64,000 bases of DNA from Bacilli bacterium (GCA_017484205.1 JAFUTO010000013.1:217-64216); one strand, 5' to 3'; shown: positions 50,255-61,690, numbered from the stretch's first letter. Notes: generated by a model not told the origin, from the letters alone. Program-made: numbers and translations.

Positions 50255-52243
50255 ATGCCAATACTTTATACAATTATTTTAGTTATAATAGGTTTAATAA
50301 TTATATTTATATATTTTATAGAGCCACTTATGACTAAACAAAAATTAGTAAGTAATAATGAATATGGTTCTGCCAGATATGCAACGAAGAGTGAAATTAA
50401 ACAAACTTTTCATAAAGAAAAAGTAAATAGTATTAATAAGAGTGGTTTTCCTATATATTATTCTAAAAATAATAGAAAAGTATGGTTTGACATGAATACT
50501 CCTCATTGGATATTTTTAGGTTCAACAGGAAGTGGAAAAAGTGTTACAGCTGTAATTCCAGAGTGTAGTTTTATTGCAACAGCAAAAACTAAAAAGAGTG
50601 TTTTTATAACTGATCCAAAGGGAGAAATATTTAATGCTACAAGTAAAATGTTTAAAGATAATGGTTATAATATTTTGACACTGGATTTTAGAAATCCAAG
50701 TTTATCAAATCATTTAAATATACTAGAGCCTATTATAAAGGAATATGAACTATATAACGAAAATGAAAACTTATCAGAAAAAGCAATTAATGAAATTGAC
50801 AAAATGAGATACAAAAATATGGCAATTGAACATTTAGCAGAATGTAATCAGTTGATTAGTTCTATATCTACTTTGATAATGCAAGATAAGTCTGCTAAAG
50901 AGGCATTTTGGAATAATAGTGCTAGTGATTTATTATATGGGTTAATTGCTTTATTTTTGGAAGATTATATAGATGGAAAAATTAGTAGAGAACAAATTAC
51001 ACTTACATCCATAAAAAAGTTTCAAAATAGTTCAATGGCTGATCAAAATCAAAAAAAATTAAAGAATTACATTGCAAACAAGGAATATGGTCTTAAGAGT
51101 AAGGATAAGTTATTACCTATAATTTCTACGAGTGATAATACTTATAAATCTATTACAAGTGTTTTTAATGAGAGAATGACTTTATTTGATGATATTAATG
51201 TAGAAAATATTACAGCAAATTCTGATTTTGACTTTGATATATTGGGTAAACAGCCAACTGTGTTATATTGTTGTATTCCAGATGAAACAAAAGTGTATTA
51301 TACATTAGTATCTATTGTTGTATCTTTAATATATAAAACTTTAGTGCTTTTATGTAATGAACAAGAAAATAAAAGGTTGCCTTATGATTTGGTTTTTCTA
51401 CTAGATGAATTTGCTAACACACCACCATTACAAGATATTGAAACGATAGTATCTGTCGCTAGAAGTAGAGGAATGCAATTCCAATTTTTTTTACAAAGCT
51501 TTGCCCAATTAGATAATCTATATGGTAAAGAAGTTAGTCAAATAATTCAAGATAACTGTGGTTTGGCTTATCTTAAAACTAATACTCAAGAAACAGCAGA
51601 AGCAATAAGTCGTAGATTAGGAAATACAACTATTGAATCTAAATCACTTAATTATTCATTAAGTTTTATGAATTATAATGCTAGTAGAGGAGCAAGTCTT
51701 ATGGGGAGGAATCTTATGACTGCTGATGAAATAAAACAATTGAAATTTAAAACCATAATTTTTTCCACAATAGGTTATCCTATATTTCGTGATACAGTAG
51801 TTTATCAAAAATTTAGTTGTTATTCAAAAGGATGTATAAATAGAGAAGTAAGACCATTAAGAAGATTAGTAGAAACATATTATACAGTTGAACAACTACA
51901 TGTTGATAATCAAAATAATAAAGTTATTCCTAAAAAAATTAGTGCCAAAGAGGAACACCAAAGAAAATTATTATTAAAAATAATAGAAGAAATAATTAAG
52001 AATTTTGGTAAGATTGATTTTGATGTTGAATATGTAAATAGAGATGAAATTATAATTGCTGAACTTTATTTAGCACCACCACTATCATTACCAGATATAA
52101 CAATGTTAGAGGAATTGTCAACTAAATATAAATTCATATATACAATAATATCAAGTAGAGAAAAGATAGATAGAAAAAATAGAAATTCTAAAATAGAAAT
52201 ATATTTTGAAGAATATGAAAATACCGAAGAATTAACAAAATGA
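50255..52243 (+). CDS. virD4: VirD4/TraG-like type IV coupling protein
   Basis: YGSARYA, GSTGSGKS, TDPKGE, LDEFAN, QSFAQL..LYG. Confidence 0.92.
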   Translation: MPILYTIILVIIGLIIIFIYFIEPLMTKQKLVSNNEYGSARYATKSEIKQTFHKEKVNSINKSGFPIYYSKNNRKVWFDMNTPHWIFLGSTGSGKSVTAVIPECSFIATAKTKKSVFITDPKGEIFNATSKMFKDNGYNILTLDFRNPSLSNHLNILEPIIKEYELYNENENLSEKAINEIDKMRYKNMAIEHLAECNQLISSISTLIMQDKSAKEAFWNNSASDLLYGLIALFLEDYIDGKISREQITLTSIKKFQNSSMADQNQKKLKNYIANKEYGLKSKDKLLPIISTSDNTYKSITSVFNERMTLFDDINVENITANSDFDFDILGKQPTVLYCCIPDETKVYYTLVSIVVSLIYKTLVLLCNEQENKRLPYDLVFLLDEFANTPPLQDIETIVSVARSRGMQFQFFLQSFAQLDNLYGKEVSQIIQDNCGLAYLKTNTQETAEAISRRLGNTTIESKSLNYSLSFMNYNASRGASLMGRNLMTADEIKQLKFKTIIFSTIGYPIFRDTVVYQKFSCYSKGCINREVRPLRRLVETYYTVEQLHVDNQNNKVIPKKISAKEEHQRKLLLKIIEEIIKNFGKIDFDVEYVNRDEIIIAELYLAPPLSLPDITMLEELSTKYKFIYTIISSREKIDRKNRNSKIEIYFEEYENTEELTK

Positions 52244-52263
52244 AAATGTAAGGAGGGTTAAGA

Positions 52264-55200
52264 TTGAATGAAAAATTTGAATATGATTTTTTAAAGATAA
52301 GAGATGATACATTATCTTTAATAAGAGATAGTAGTGATGAGTGGAATAAGTTTATTGTATATTGGTCAAAGATATTAGATAAATATAGTGTAGATAATGT
52401 TTTTAATTTATATTTTTATAATCCTGATGGTAAAGTTTTTATGACTTTTGATGAATGGAATAATGATATAGATAGAAGAATTAAACCTAAAAGCAAAGGG
52501 ATACCAATTTTGATAAATGGTAGAAAAAATTATGTATTTGATATAAAACAAACTTATGGTAAAGATTATAATGATTGGAATTATAATCACAAAATAGATT
52601 TTGATTTATTATATTTTTATAGAGTAAAATATAATATTAATCTTGATAATGATTTATCAGGTAATATGAGGTATTATAATGTATTTAATTTGATAGCAGA
52701 AAAACTAATCGATAACAATTATATAGATATGGATGAAAAAGAAGTGAAGTTAATCAAAAATATGATGACTTCACTTTTCCTTTCTAAAACTAGGTTCAAT
52801 ATTGCAGATTTGCCAAATTGTTATGATGATATTGCAGGTTTAGATAATGAAATTATTTTAAAATGTATGGAAATAGCTAATAAAGAAACTGAAGTTATAT
52901 ATGAAGATTTTATGTTTAATGCTAATTCAATAAATAAAGTAGTAAATGAGATAAAAAATACTATATCTGGTCAATTTACTTCTAATGATTTTATGAGTGA
53001 TGATGATAGACAAAGTTATTTAGAGTCTATGGAAATGGAATATGAATATCATTATGATCTATTAGATAAAATATATAATAGATATTTCAATGAATATAAA
53101 CAATCTATTGCTAAAGAAGACTATCAAGATAATGATACAATAGAAAGTGATATAAGTGAAGAATTTAAAGATATAATAAAAAAAACAGAAGTTATTAAAA
53201 GTAATAACAATATATCTAATGAGAAAGAACACAGTAGAAGAGATAGTAACTTTGAAATTGAACAATTATCTTTATTTGAATCTAGAGAAGAATTATTAGC
53301 AAAAAAGATATGTGATATATTTAATTCGTTTGATACTGATTTTAAAAACACTTTTGAGATTAAACAAATTGAGTTACAAAAATGGGAACATATATCTAGC
53401 AATAAAAGAAATCTAACTATTTTATTGTCAAGTCCTCTTGCTGATATGTCTGATAATGCTTTCTCATATTTTAATAAAGAAAACGAAAAAAGGTTAAATG
53501 AAGAAATAAGTAATAATTATTTTTTAAATGGTTTAAATAAGGATTCTGATTTTGATATAATTTTATCGCCAGAATTAATACATATATATTGGCATAATTT
53601 TGATGAAAAAGAATTTAATTTAGAAGTCTCTAGTACAAGAAAAGTAGAAGAAAAAAATAATGAAATTGATTATATTGTGAAAGAATCAGAATTTATTCCA
53701 ACTGAAAACGGAATTGTAACTAAAGAAATAAGTAAAGCTAGTTATGATAAATCTGGTAGTGAAATAAAAAAAGATAATAATTTATATCCTGCAATTAATT
53801 ATCATATAGATGATAGTAGAGTTGATGGAAGTTTTGGGGCTAAATCAAGATTTGAAGATAATATAAAAGCAATAGAACTATTAAAGATATTAGAAAGTGA
53901 AAATAGATTTGCTACAAAAGAAGAACAAGACATTTTATCAAAATATGTTGGATGGGGTGGAATTGCTGATGCTTTTGATGAAAATAAAGACAATTGGAAA
54001 AATGAAAGAGATAAGTTAAAAAATTTACTAAGCAATGAAGAATATAATGAGGCGAGAACATCAACTCTTACTTCTTTTTACACACCTAATATAGCAATTG
54101 ATGCAATATATAAAACTTTAGAAAAATTTGGATTTGAAAAGGGAAATATTTTAGAACCATCGATGGGTGTTGGTAATTTCTTTGGTAGATTGCCTAATGA
54201 TTTTAGTAGTTCAAAATTATATGGTGTTGAAATAGATAGTATAAGTGGTAGAATAGCAAAAAAATTATACCCAAATGCTAAAATAGAAATAAATGGATAT
54301 GAGAATTCTAAAGTAGCTGATAATTTTTTTGATATAGCAATTGGTAATGTACCTTTTGGTAATTATAAAGTAGTGGACAAAAGATATAAAGATAATTTTA
54401 TGATTCACGATTATTTTTTTCAAAAAACATTAGATAAAGTAAGAAGTGGTGGAATTATTGCATTTATTACTACTGATGGGACAATGGATAAAAAAGATAC
54501 TAAAGTAAGAGAATATATTGCAAAACGAGCTGAACTTATCGGAGCAATCAGATTACCTAATAATACATTTACAGGTAATGCAAATACAAAAGTAACTACT
54601 GATATTATTTTTTTTAAAAAGCGTGAAGAATTAAAACTAGATGTTAGTGATGAAAGATGGATTTATACTGATGAATATGCTGATGGTATAACTATAAATA
54701 ATTATTATATTGATAATCCTAATATGATGTTAGGAAAAATGGAATTAAGAACTTCGGCATGGGGATATGAAAATACTTTAAATCCATCAGAAGAAGATTT
54801 TAATGTATTAATAGAAAAGGCAATATCTAATTTACCATCTAATATATACGAAAAGGCAATATATGAAGTATCAGAACAAAATAGTGAATATGATATTTTA
54901 GAAGCAGATGATAACATAAAAAATGATGCTTTTGTTATTATCAGTAAAGATGGTAAAGATATTATATATAAAAGGCAAGATTCTAATTTAGTTCCCTATA
55001 CTATACAAGATGGAATGACAGCTAAAAGAATAATTGGAATGTGTAATATTAAAAAAGCATTACATAAAGTATTTGATGTGCAATTAAAAGATGGTAGTGA
55101 TGAAGAACTTTTATTGGCACAAAAAGAATTGAGTGATGAATATGATACATTCAAGAAGAAATATGGATATATAAATGACTCTGCTAATGTAAGAGCATTT

Positions 55201-58200
55201 AGTGATGATCCAGACTATTATTTACTTACATCTATTGAAAATAAAATAAGTAGGGATGAAGAAGATGATAAACCACAATATGAAAAAGGCGATGTATTCA
55301 CAAAAAGAACTATTAGAAAAAGCAAAGATACTAGTTCAGCGAATACAGCAGAAGAAGCATTAAGATATTCTTTAAATAATCGCGGTTGTGTTGATTTTGA
55401 ATATATGAAAACTCTTTATGTTCATACCGAAGAAGAAATTAAAAATGAACTTGAAGGATTAATATATCAAGACCCAGAAAAACTAAATGATTCTAATAAA
55501 GGTTGGGTTATTTCTAGTGAGTATTTAAGTGGAAATGTAAAGCATAAACTAAATTATGTAAAGTCTATAAATAGTGATGGTAAGTTTGATAAAAATATAG
55601 AAGCATTAGAAAAAGTACAACCAGCACCACTTGAATATGATGAGATAAGTGTTAAGTTAGGCAGTACATGGATACCAGAAGATGTATATCATGATTTTTG
55701 TTGTGATTTATTAGATATAAGTGCTTATAATTCTAGTAAATTAAAAATTAAATATGTACCATCTGGTAATGTGTGGCTTTTTCAAGCAAGTGGATTATAT
55801 AGTTGGGGAATAAAAAATACAAAGACTTGGGGAACAAGTAGAGTTGATGCTTTATCTATAATAAAAAATACTCTTAACTTACAAAGCATAACTATATATG
55901 ATACTTTAGATGATGATAGAAAGGTAGTTAATCCGGTTGAAACTGCAATTGCAAGAGAAAAGCAAGAAGCAATTAAACAAGAATTTAAAGAATGGTTATG
56001 GAAAGATGAGGAAAGAAGAAATAGACTTGTAAAAATATATAATGAACGATTTAATTGTATGAGAGAAAGAGAATATGATGGAAGTCATTTAACTTTTGAT
56101 GGCATGAATCCAAGTATAGAACTTCGTGAGCATCAAAGAAATGCTATTGCTCGTGTATTATATGGAGGTAATACTTTACTTGCACATGCAGTAGGTGCTG
56201 GAAAAACTTATGAATGTATTGCTAGTGCTATGGAATTAAAAAGATTAGGTATTGTTAATAAACCAATGTTTGTTGTACCAAATCATTTATTAGGTCAATG
56301 GGCTAGTGAAATATTAAAGTTATATCCTACTGCTAATGTATTAGTTGCAACTCAAAAAGATTTTGAAAAAACTAAAAGAAAAAAACTTATGGCAAGAATT
56401 GCAACAGGCGAATGGGATGCAGTATTAGTTGCTCATTCTAGTTTTGGTTTAGTTCCAATGAGTAAAGAATATGAAAAAAAGCATATAGAAAAACAAATTG
56501 AAGAAGTTACTGAAGCTATTGAAAGAATAAAAGCTGAAACAAATGAAACATTAAGTGTAAAGAAATTAGAACAAATGAAAATAAGTATGCAGGCAAGATT
56601 AAGATTACTATTAGATGATTCTAAAAAAGATGATGTAGTAACATTTGAAGAATTAGGTGTAGATGAATTGATAGTAGATGAGGCACACATGTTTAAAAAT
56701 TTACCTATGTTTTCAAAAATAAGAAATGTATCTGGTATCAATAATACTGAATCTAAAAAAGCAACTGATTTATATATGAAAATTAGTTATATATTAGAGA
56801 ATAATAATGGTAAAGGTGCCATATTTGCAACAGGAACTCCAATATCTAATTCAATGGGAGAATTATATGCTATGCAAAAATATTTGCAACCAAATAGATT
56901 AAAAGAAATGGGATTAGAACATTTTGATGAGTGGGCATCTACATTTGGAGAAATCGTTAATAGTTTTGAGATTGCTCCCGATGGAAGTGGTTTTAGAACA
57001 AAAACAAGATTTGCTCAATTTTTTAATATTCCAGAACTTATGGGATTATTCAAAGAAGTCGCTGATATAAAAACATCTAAGATGTTAGACTTACCAGTTC
57101 CTAAATTAAAAGATGGTGAGTATAAAACTATTGTTGCACCAAAAAGTGATGAACTTGCTAAATATGTAGAAAGTTTAGCAGAACGAAGTGAAATTATTAG
57201 AAATGGCTGTGATCCAAGAGAGGATAATATGCTACTTGTTACCAATGATGGTAGAAAAGCAGCACTCGATTTAAGACTTATAGATCCTACTATGCCAGAT
57301 TTGAAAGATTCTAAAGTAAATATAGCAGTTGAAAATATATATAAAATATGGTTAGAAAATAAAGAGGACAAGTTAACGCAACTTGTCTTTTGTGATTTAT
57401 CTACTCCAAAAGTAGATGGAGAATTTAATGTATATGATGATATAAAAAATAAATTAGTTGAAAAAGGAATACCAGAGGAAGAAATAGAATTCATACATAA
57501 TGCTAAAACTAATCCACAAAAATTAAAATTATTTGAGGATATGAGAAATGGTACTAAAAGAATCTTAATTGGTTCAACAGCTAAAATGGGAGCAGGTATG
57601 AATGTTCAAGACAAGTTAGTTGCTTTACATCATTTAGATTGTCCTTGGCGACCATCTGATATAGAACAAAGAGAAGGTAGAATATTAAGACAGGGAAACC
57701 AAAATGAAGAAGTTGAAATATATAGGTATGTTACTGAAGGCAGTTTTGATGCATATTCATACCAATTAATTCAAACTAAATCAACTTTTATAAATCAAAT
57801 TATGTCTAATAGCAATAGTGGTGGAAGAACTGCTGAAGATTTAGATAGGGATACTCTTACTTATGCCGAAGTAAAAGCTTTAGCTAGTGGTAATCCTTTA
57901 ATTTTAGATAAATATAAAATTGAAAATGAATTAAAACAATTATATTTATCAAAAAGTAGATATGATAAAACGCATATTGAAATGGATATTAAATATAATA
58001 GAGAATTACCAACACAATTAAATAATCAAGAGAATTATTTAGAGGCATTAAAAAATGATATTACAAAAGTGGAAGATTTATCTGCTGATAATTTTAAGAT
58101 GGTAGTTGGAAATATTAAATTTGATTCTAGGAAAGAAGCAAGTACAAAATTATATGAAATGATGTCTATATTAAAAACGAGTGAAGAAACAAAAATGGGT

Positions 58201-58566
58201 GAAATAAGTGGATTTGATATTATTGGTATTAAAGATGAATTATTATATTCACCAATTGTGTATTTGAAAGGGACAGGAAAATATAAAGTAGAAGTAAGTA
58301 AAACTGATGAAATAGGAAATATTATAAAAATGGAAAATATGTTGAAAAGTTTTGAAAGCAAAATTGATACAGTCATAGAACAAATTGAATATACAAAAAA
58401 GCAAATAAATGATGCTAAAGATGAATTAGATAAACCTTTTCAATATACTGAAAGAATAAGAGAACTTCAAAAAGAAAAAGCAAAAATTGATAGTAAATTG
58501 GATTTAGATAAGGTAGAAACCAATCTTTTTTCATCAAATGATATTGAAGATAATATGGAAAGATAA
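52264..58566 (+). CDS. Giant N6-adenine methyltransferase + SNF2 helicase (DarB-like), with ArdC-like N-terminus
   Basis: [26 protein letters not shown]; [31 protein letters not shown]. Confidence 0.9.
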   Translation: MNEKFEYDFLKIRDDTLSLIRDSSDEWNKFIVYWSKILDKYSVDNVFNLYFYNPDGKVFMTFDEWNNDIDRRIKPKSKGIPILINGRKNYVFDIKQTYGKDYNDWNYNHKIDFDLLYFYRVKYNINLDNDLSGNMRYYNVFNLIAEKLIDNNYIDMDEKEVKLIKNMMTSLFLSKTRFNIADLPNCYDDIAGLDNEIILKCMEIANKETEVIYEDFMFNANSINKVVNEIKNTISGQFTSNDFMSDDDRQSYLESMEMEYEYHYDLLDKIYNRYFNEYKQSIAKEDYQDNDTIESDISEEFKDIIKKTEVIKSNNNISNEKEHSRRDSNFEIEQLSLFESREELLAKKICDIFNSFDTDFKNTFEIKQIELQKWEHISSNKRNLTILLSSPLADMSDNAFSYFNKENEKRLNEEISNNYFLNGLNKDSDFDIILSPELIHIYWHNFDEKEFNLEVSSTRKVEEKNNEIDYIVKESEFIPTENGIVTKEISKASYDKSGSEIKKDNNLYPAINYHIDDSRVDGSFGAKSRFEDNIKAIELLKILESENRFATKEEQDILSKYVGWGGIADAFDENKDNWKNERDKLKNLLSNEEYNEARTSTLTSFYTPNIAIDAIYKTLEKFGFEKGNILEPSMGVGNFFGRLPNDFSSSKLYGVEIDSISGRIAKKLYPNAKIEINGYENSKVADNFFDIAIGNVPFGNYKVVDKRYKDNFMIHDYFFQKTLDKVRSGGIIAFITTDGTMDKKDTKVREYIAKRAELIGAIRLPNNTFTGNANTKVTTDIIFFKKREELKLDVSDERWIYTDEYADGITINNYYIDNPNMMLGKMELRTSAWGYENTLNPSEEDFNVLIEKAISNLPSNIYEKAIYEVSEQNSEYDILEADDNIKNDAFVIISKDGKDIIYKRQDSNLVPYTIQDGMTAKRIIGMCNIKKALHKVFDVQLKDGSDEELLLAQKELSDEYDTFKKKYGYINDSANVRAFSDDPDYYLLTSIENKISRDEEDDKPQYEKGDVFTKRTIRKSKDTSSANTAEEALRYSLNNRGCVDFEYMKTLYVHTEEEIKNELEGLIYQDPEKLNDSNKGWVISSEYLSGNVKHKLNYVKSINSDGKFDKNIEALEKVQPAPLEYDEISVKLGSTWIPEDVYHDFCCDLLDISAYNSSKLKIKYVPSGNVWLFQASGLYSWGIKNTKTWGTSRVDALSIIKNTLNLQSITIYDTLDDDRKVVNPVETAIAREKQEAIKQEFKEWLWKDEERRNRLVKIYNERFNCMREREYDGSHLTFDGMNPSIELREHQRNAIARVLYGGNTLLAHAVGAGKTYECIASAMELKRLGIVNKPMFVVPNHLLGQWASEILKLYPTANVLVATQKDFEKTKRKKLMARIATGEWDAVLVAHSSFGLVPMSKEYEKKHIEKQIEEVTEAIERIKAETNETLSVKKLEQMKISMQARLRLLLDDSKKDDVVTFEELGVDELIVDEAHMFKNLPMFSKIRNVSGINNTESKKATDLYMKISYILENNNGKGAIFATGTPISNSMGELYAMQKYLQPNRLKEMGLEHFDEWASTFGEIVNSFEIAPDGSGFRTKTRFAQFFNIPELMGLFKEVADIKTSKMLDLPVPKLKDGEYKTIVAPKSDELAKYVESLAERSEIIRNGCDPREDNMLLVTNDGRKAALDLRLIDPTMPDLKDSKVNIAVENIYKIWLENKEDKLTQLVFCDLSTPKVDGEFNVYDDIKNKLVEKGIPEEEIEFIHNAKTNPQKLKLFEDMRNGTKRILIGSTAKMGAGMNVQDKLVALHHLDCPWRPSDIEQREGRILRQGNQNEEVEIYRYVTEGSFDAYSYQLIQTKSTFINQIMSNSNSGGRTAEDLDRDTLTYAEVKALASGNPLILDKYKIENELKQLYLSKSRYDKTHIEMDIKYNRELPTQLNNQENYLEALKNDITKVEDLSADNFKMVVGNIKFDSRKEASTKLYEMMSILKTSEETKMGEISGFDIIGIKDELLYSPIVYLKGTGKYKVEVSKTDEIGNIIKMENMLKSFESKIDTVIEQIEYTKKQINDAKDELDKPFQYTERIRELQKEKAKIDSKLDLDKVETNLFSSNDIEDNMER

Positions 58567-58868
58567 AGAATATAAAAAATGAAAAAAAGTCTTGCAAAAT
58601 TTCTTGTTTTAAGTGATTAATTAAATGACAAAAAAACACTATTAAACATATCTAATTTGCGAGTGATTAAATTTAATATGCGAGTTTAGACAACTATAAG
58701 ACTAAAAATATAAAAGCTCTCAGAATGGCTAAAAATAGTGTTTTAGAAAGGAGATATTTGATGCGAGATGAAATATTAAATTAATCCTGAACTTATGGAT
58801 GAAGATTTAAAAGAAAAGATAACAGATGAAAAATTTGAAATATTAAAAAATAGAAGGAGGAATTTTAT

Positions 58869-59387
58869 ATGTATGTAACTGAAGCAAATGACCAAGTTAG
58901 ATATTTATTTGAAGAATTATCTTCAAAAGACAATATCGTAAAAATGAGATTTTTATTATATGTTATGAATCAACTAGCTAATGACCAAATTAATAGTACA
59001 AATGAGGCGAATCCAAATACTAGGGAAGATCCAGAGTTAGAAATATTTAATATTGATAGTATTGGATATTCAGGAGATTATATAAGATTGTTTTTAGAAT
59101 ATAATGTTATGTGTTACAATCGAATTATTGATAATTATAAAACTTATGTAAATGAAAATACTGTTATAGGAATTGAAAATAGTGAAGAAGATGAGAAAAT
59201 ACAATCTAATTTTGAAACTTTAGACTTTTTAGATAAATTAGATGTAGTAAGTGAATTACTTATAAGATATGAAAGTGAAAATTATTTTGACGAAGAAGTC
59301 AATATAGTACTTATTAATCCATTTTCAAATGGATATGATATAGCAAGTAGAATACAAAAATATAAAAGCTGGATAAAGGAGTCATAA
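58869..59387 (+). CDS. Hypothetical protein
   Basis: AGGAGG RBS, 172 aa. Confidence 0.65.
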   Translation: MYVTEANDQVRYLFEELSSKDNIVKMRFLLYVMNQLANDQINSTNEANPNTREDPELEIFNIDSIGYSGDYIRLFLEYNVMCYNRIIDNYKTYVNENTVIGIENSEEDEKIQSNFETLDFLDKLDVVSELLIRYESENYFDEEVNIVLINPFSNGYDIASRIQKYKSWIKES

Positions 59388-59404
59388 TAAAGGCTCTTTT
59401 AATT

Positions 59405-59962
59405 TTGGAAGGAGGAATACTTATTGAAGATTTAATTGTAAATAATTTGAAGTTAATAAATTTTGTAATGAAAAAGATGAATTTAAATAGTAGTATAGAT
59501 TTTGATGATTATTATCAAGTAGGTACTATTGGATTAATATACGCTTCTAAAAACTATAATTCTAATTTAAAAATCAGTTTTTCTACCTATGCCTATACAT
59601 GTATAAAAAATGAAATATTAAAATATATAAAAAGTAATCAAAATAAAAAATATGATATATCTTTAGATGAGCAAATATATGATAACTTGATTCTAGAAGA
59701 AACTATTGCTGATAATAGTATTGAAAATGCTATAGATACTATAATTATTGAAGAAAGTAATAAAGAATTGTATAGAGTTCTTAATGATGAATTAACCGAT
59801 GACGAAAAAATTATTGTAAAAAAATTATATGGTTTAGGATGTGAACAATATAAGCAAACTGAAGTAGCTAAAAAACTTAATATCCCACAATATAAAATTT
59901 CGAGAATAAGAGATAGATTATTTAAAAAAGTAAAAAAATATTTAAGGAATAACTATCATTAA
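59405..59962 (+). CDS. Sigma-70 factor resembling sporulation SigE/SigK
   Basis: NNLKLI, GTIGLI, FSTYAYTCIKNEIL, DISLDE, YGL..KQTEVAKKLNIPQYKISRI; true start may be ATT at 59423 after GGAGG. Confidence 0.82.
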   Translation: MEGGILIEDLIVNNLKLINFVMKKMNLNSSIDFDDYYQVGTIGLIYASKNYNSNLKISFSTYAYTCIKNEILKYIKSNQNKKYDISLDEQIYDNLILEETIADNSIENAIDTIIIEESNKELYRVLNDELTDDEKIIVKKLYGLGCEQYKQTEVAKKLNIPQYKISRIRDRLFKKVKKYLRNNYH

Positions 59963-60010
59963 TTTCCCTTTAATGTTATAATGAAAGTACATAGATGATT
60001 GATATTTGAT

Positions 60011-60038
60011 TTTATTGTAAAACTTAAATACTAATAAA
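60011..60038 (+). repeat. attR: element-side arm TTTATTGTAAAACTTAAATAC (60011-60031) and core AATACTAATAAA (60027-60038)
   Basis: Matches attL core and arm; dacF frame resumes at 60039. Confidence 0.88.
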
Positions 60039-60545
60039 CTAGTGCGATTTTATAAAGGAGTAGATGGCTTAAAAACAGGTTATACTAAAGAAGCTGGGTA
60101 CTGTCTAACTGCTACAGCAAACAAAGGATTTAGAGTCATTGCTGTTACTATGGGGGAACCTACTTCAGAACTTAGAAACAAAGAAGTAAGTTCTATGCTA
60201 GATTATGCTTATGCACAATATAGATTAGATACTATTTTGACTAAAAATGAAGTGTTAGGTAGGGAAGAAGTAGAAAGAGCTAAAACAAAATATACTGAAC
60301 TAGTTCCAAAAGAGAATATAACAATATTAAATAAAAAGTTGGATAAAGATAAAGACTATGTATATACTATGATAGTAGATAAGTTAAAGGCTCCAATAAA
60401 AGCAGGTGATAAAGTAGGTGAAATTCAAGTTTTAGAAGATGGGTTATTAATTAAAACAGTTGATATGACTGTTAAAGAAGATATTAAAAAAGCTAATATA
60501 ATTGAATTGTATTTTAGATATTTAAAAGAGACTATTACAATATAG
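60039..60545 (+). pseudogene. dacF: 3' part of dacF-like D-Ala-D-Ala carboxypeptidase
   Basis: LVRFYKGVDGLKTGYTKEAGYCL (KTG motif) and PBP5-type C-terminal domain. Confidence 0.9.
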
Positions 60546-60566
60546 TTTTTTTGTAATTAAAAAAGA

Positions 60567-61292
60567 CTATTTAGTCTCTTTTAGTTTTTTTACCACATTT
60601 TTAAGTTCATCATTAATAACTAAAGTAGCAATATTATCATAAGGTGTACTATCTCTATTTATGAGTATCATATTCTTGCCTTTAAAATATCTAATAAAAC
60701 TACTTGCTGGATATACGGTTAATGATGTCCCAGCGACAATTAAAACATCAGCATTACTAATCGCGTCAATACTTTTGTATATTAACTCGCTATCAAGTTC
60801 TTCTTCATATAAAACTACATCAGGTTTTATAATACCACCACAATTACATTTAGGCACATCTTTAGAATTAAAAACTTTATCTACATCATAAGATTTACCA
60901 CATTTCATACATCTATTTCTATAAATAGATCCATGTATTTCATATACATTAGTGTTGCCTACTTTTGTATGTAGGCCGTCTATATTTTGAGTTATAATAG
61001 CTTTGAGTTTATGATCATCTTCTAATTCTTTGAGATATTTGTGAAAACTATTGGGATTAATATTTCTAGAATCTAATTTATCTTTATAGAATCTATAAAA
61101 TTCGCTAGTATTATTTAAGAAAAAAGTGTGACTTAAGATTTCTTCAGGTGGGAATTTATATTTAGTATTATAAAGTCCATCTTTGCTTCTAAAATCTTTA
61201 ATCCCACTTTCTGTAGATACACCAGCTCCTGTAAAAAGAACGATGTTACTATTATTATCAATAATTTCTTTTAATTTAGTTATCTTATCCAT
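60567..61292 (-). CDS. cobB: NAD-dependent protein deacylase (sirtuin)
   Basis: GAGVSTESGIKDFR, TQNIDGLH, HGS, CxxC, KPDVVLY, GTSLTVYPA. Confidence 0.93.
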   Translation of the reverse strand: MDKITKLKEIIDNNSNIVLFTGAGVSTESGIKDFRSKDGLYNTKYKFPPEEILSHTFFLNNTSEFYRFYKDKLDSRNINPNSFHKYLKELEDDHKLKAIITQNIDGLHTKVGNTNVYEIHGSIYRNRCMKCGKSYDVDKVFNSKDVPKCNCGGIIKPDVVLYEEELDSELIYKSIDAISNADVLIVAGTSLTVYPASSFIRYFKGKNMILINRDSTPYDNIATLVINDELKNVVKKLKETK

Positions 61293-61690
61293 AAACTATT
61301 CCAACAAGCCATCCATGAATCACTGTCTGTTATTCCAGAACTTACTAAAATACTAGTTATAATTTCAAATAAAGATAATAATAAGAATACTCCAATTCCC
61401 AACATAAGTCTATTCATAAACTTTTTCTTATACTTTTCCATATCATCAACTTTGCCTGCCATAGTAGCTTTAAAGAAATCTATACTACCAGCAATAACTA
61501 AAATTAGTGGTGTTGCATATCTAATAATATTATATACTCTCTTTATTAAAGTCATTACTTCTTTAATATCTTGATCACTACAACCGAAAGTTAAAGTAAT
61601 AGTATCATCTGCTGCATACACATAAGTTCCAAAACTTAATAGTATGATAGCAGCAAATATTATATAAAACACATATTTATTTTTTTTCAT
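61280..61690 (-). CDS. VirB2/TrbC pilin-like membrane protein (chromosomal)
   Basis: Signal ending VYA, two TMs, GSIDFFKA..AG...KKFMNRL, flanking cysteines. Confidence 0.5.
   Translation of the reverse strand: MKKNKYVFYIIFAAIILLSFGTYVYAADDTITLTFGCSDQDIKEVMTLIKRVYNIIRYATPLILVIAGSIDFFKATMAGKVDDMEKYKKKFMNRLMLGIGVFLLLSLFEIITSILVSSGITDSDSWMACWNSLWIR

Larger units (their letters stand above)
18319..60038. mobile_element. Integrative conjugative element (~41.7 kb), serine-recombinase/MobL type, inserted in dacF
   Basis: Split host gene, att sites, large serine recombinase, relaxase, VirB4, VirD4 and T4SS membrane genes. Confidence 0.92.

Noticed and set aside
53062-58639. Antisense and alternate-frame ORFs from the ORF track (here and over rpsB, tsf, tcdA, 17670, 20688, 34851, 41066, 60661)
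   Set aside because: They are shadows of well-supported genes, with biased composition and no RBS or motifs.
58761-58868. Short ORF after an AAGGAG RBS
   Set aside because: It stops after 7 codons; possibly a decayed gene, but unsupported.
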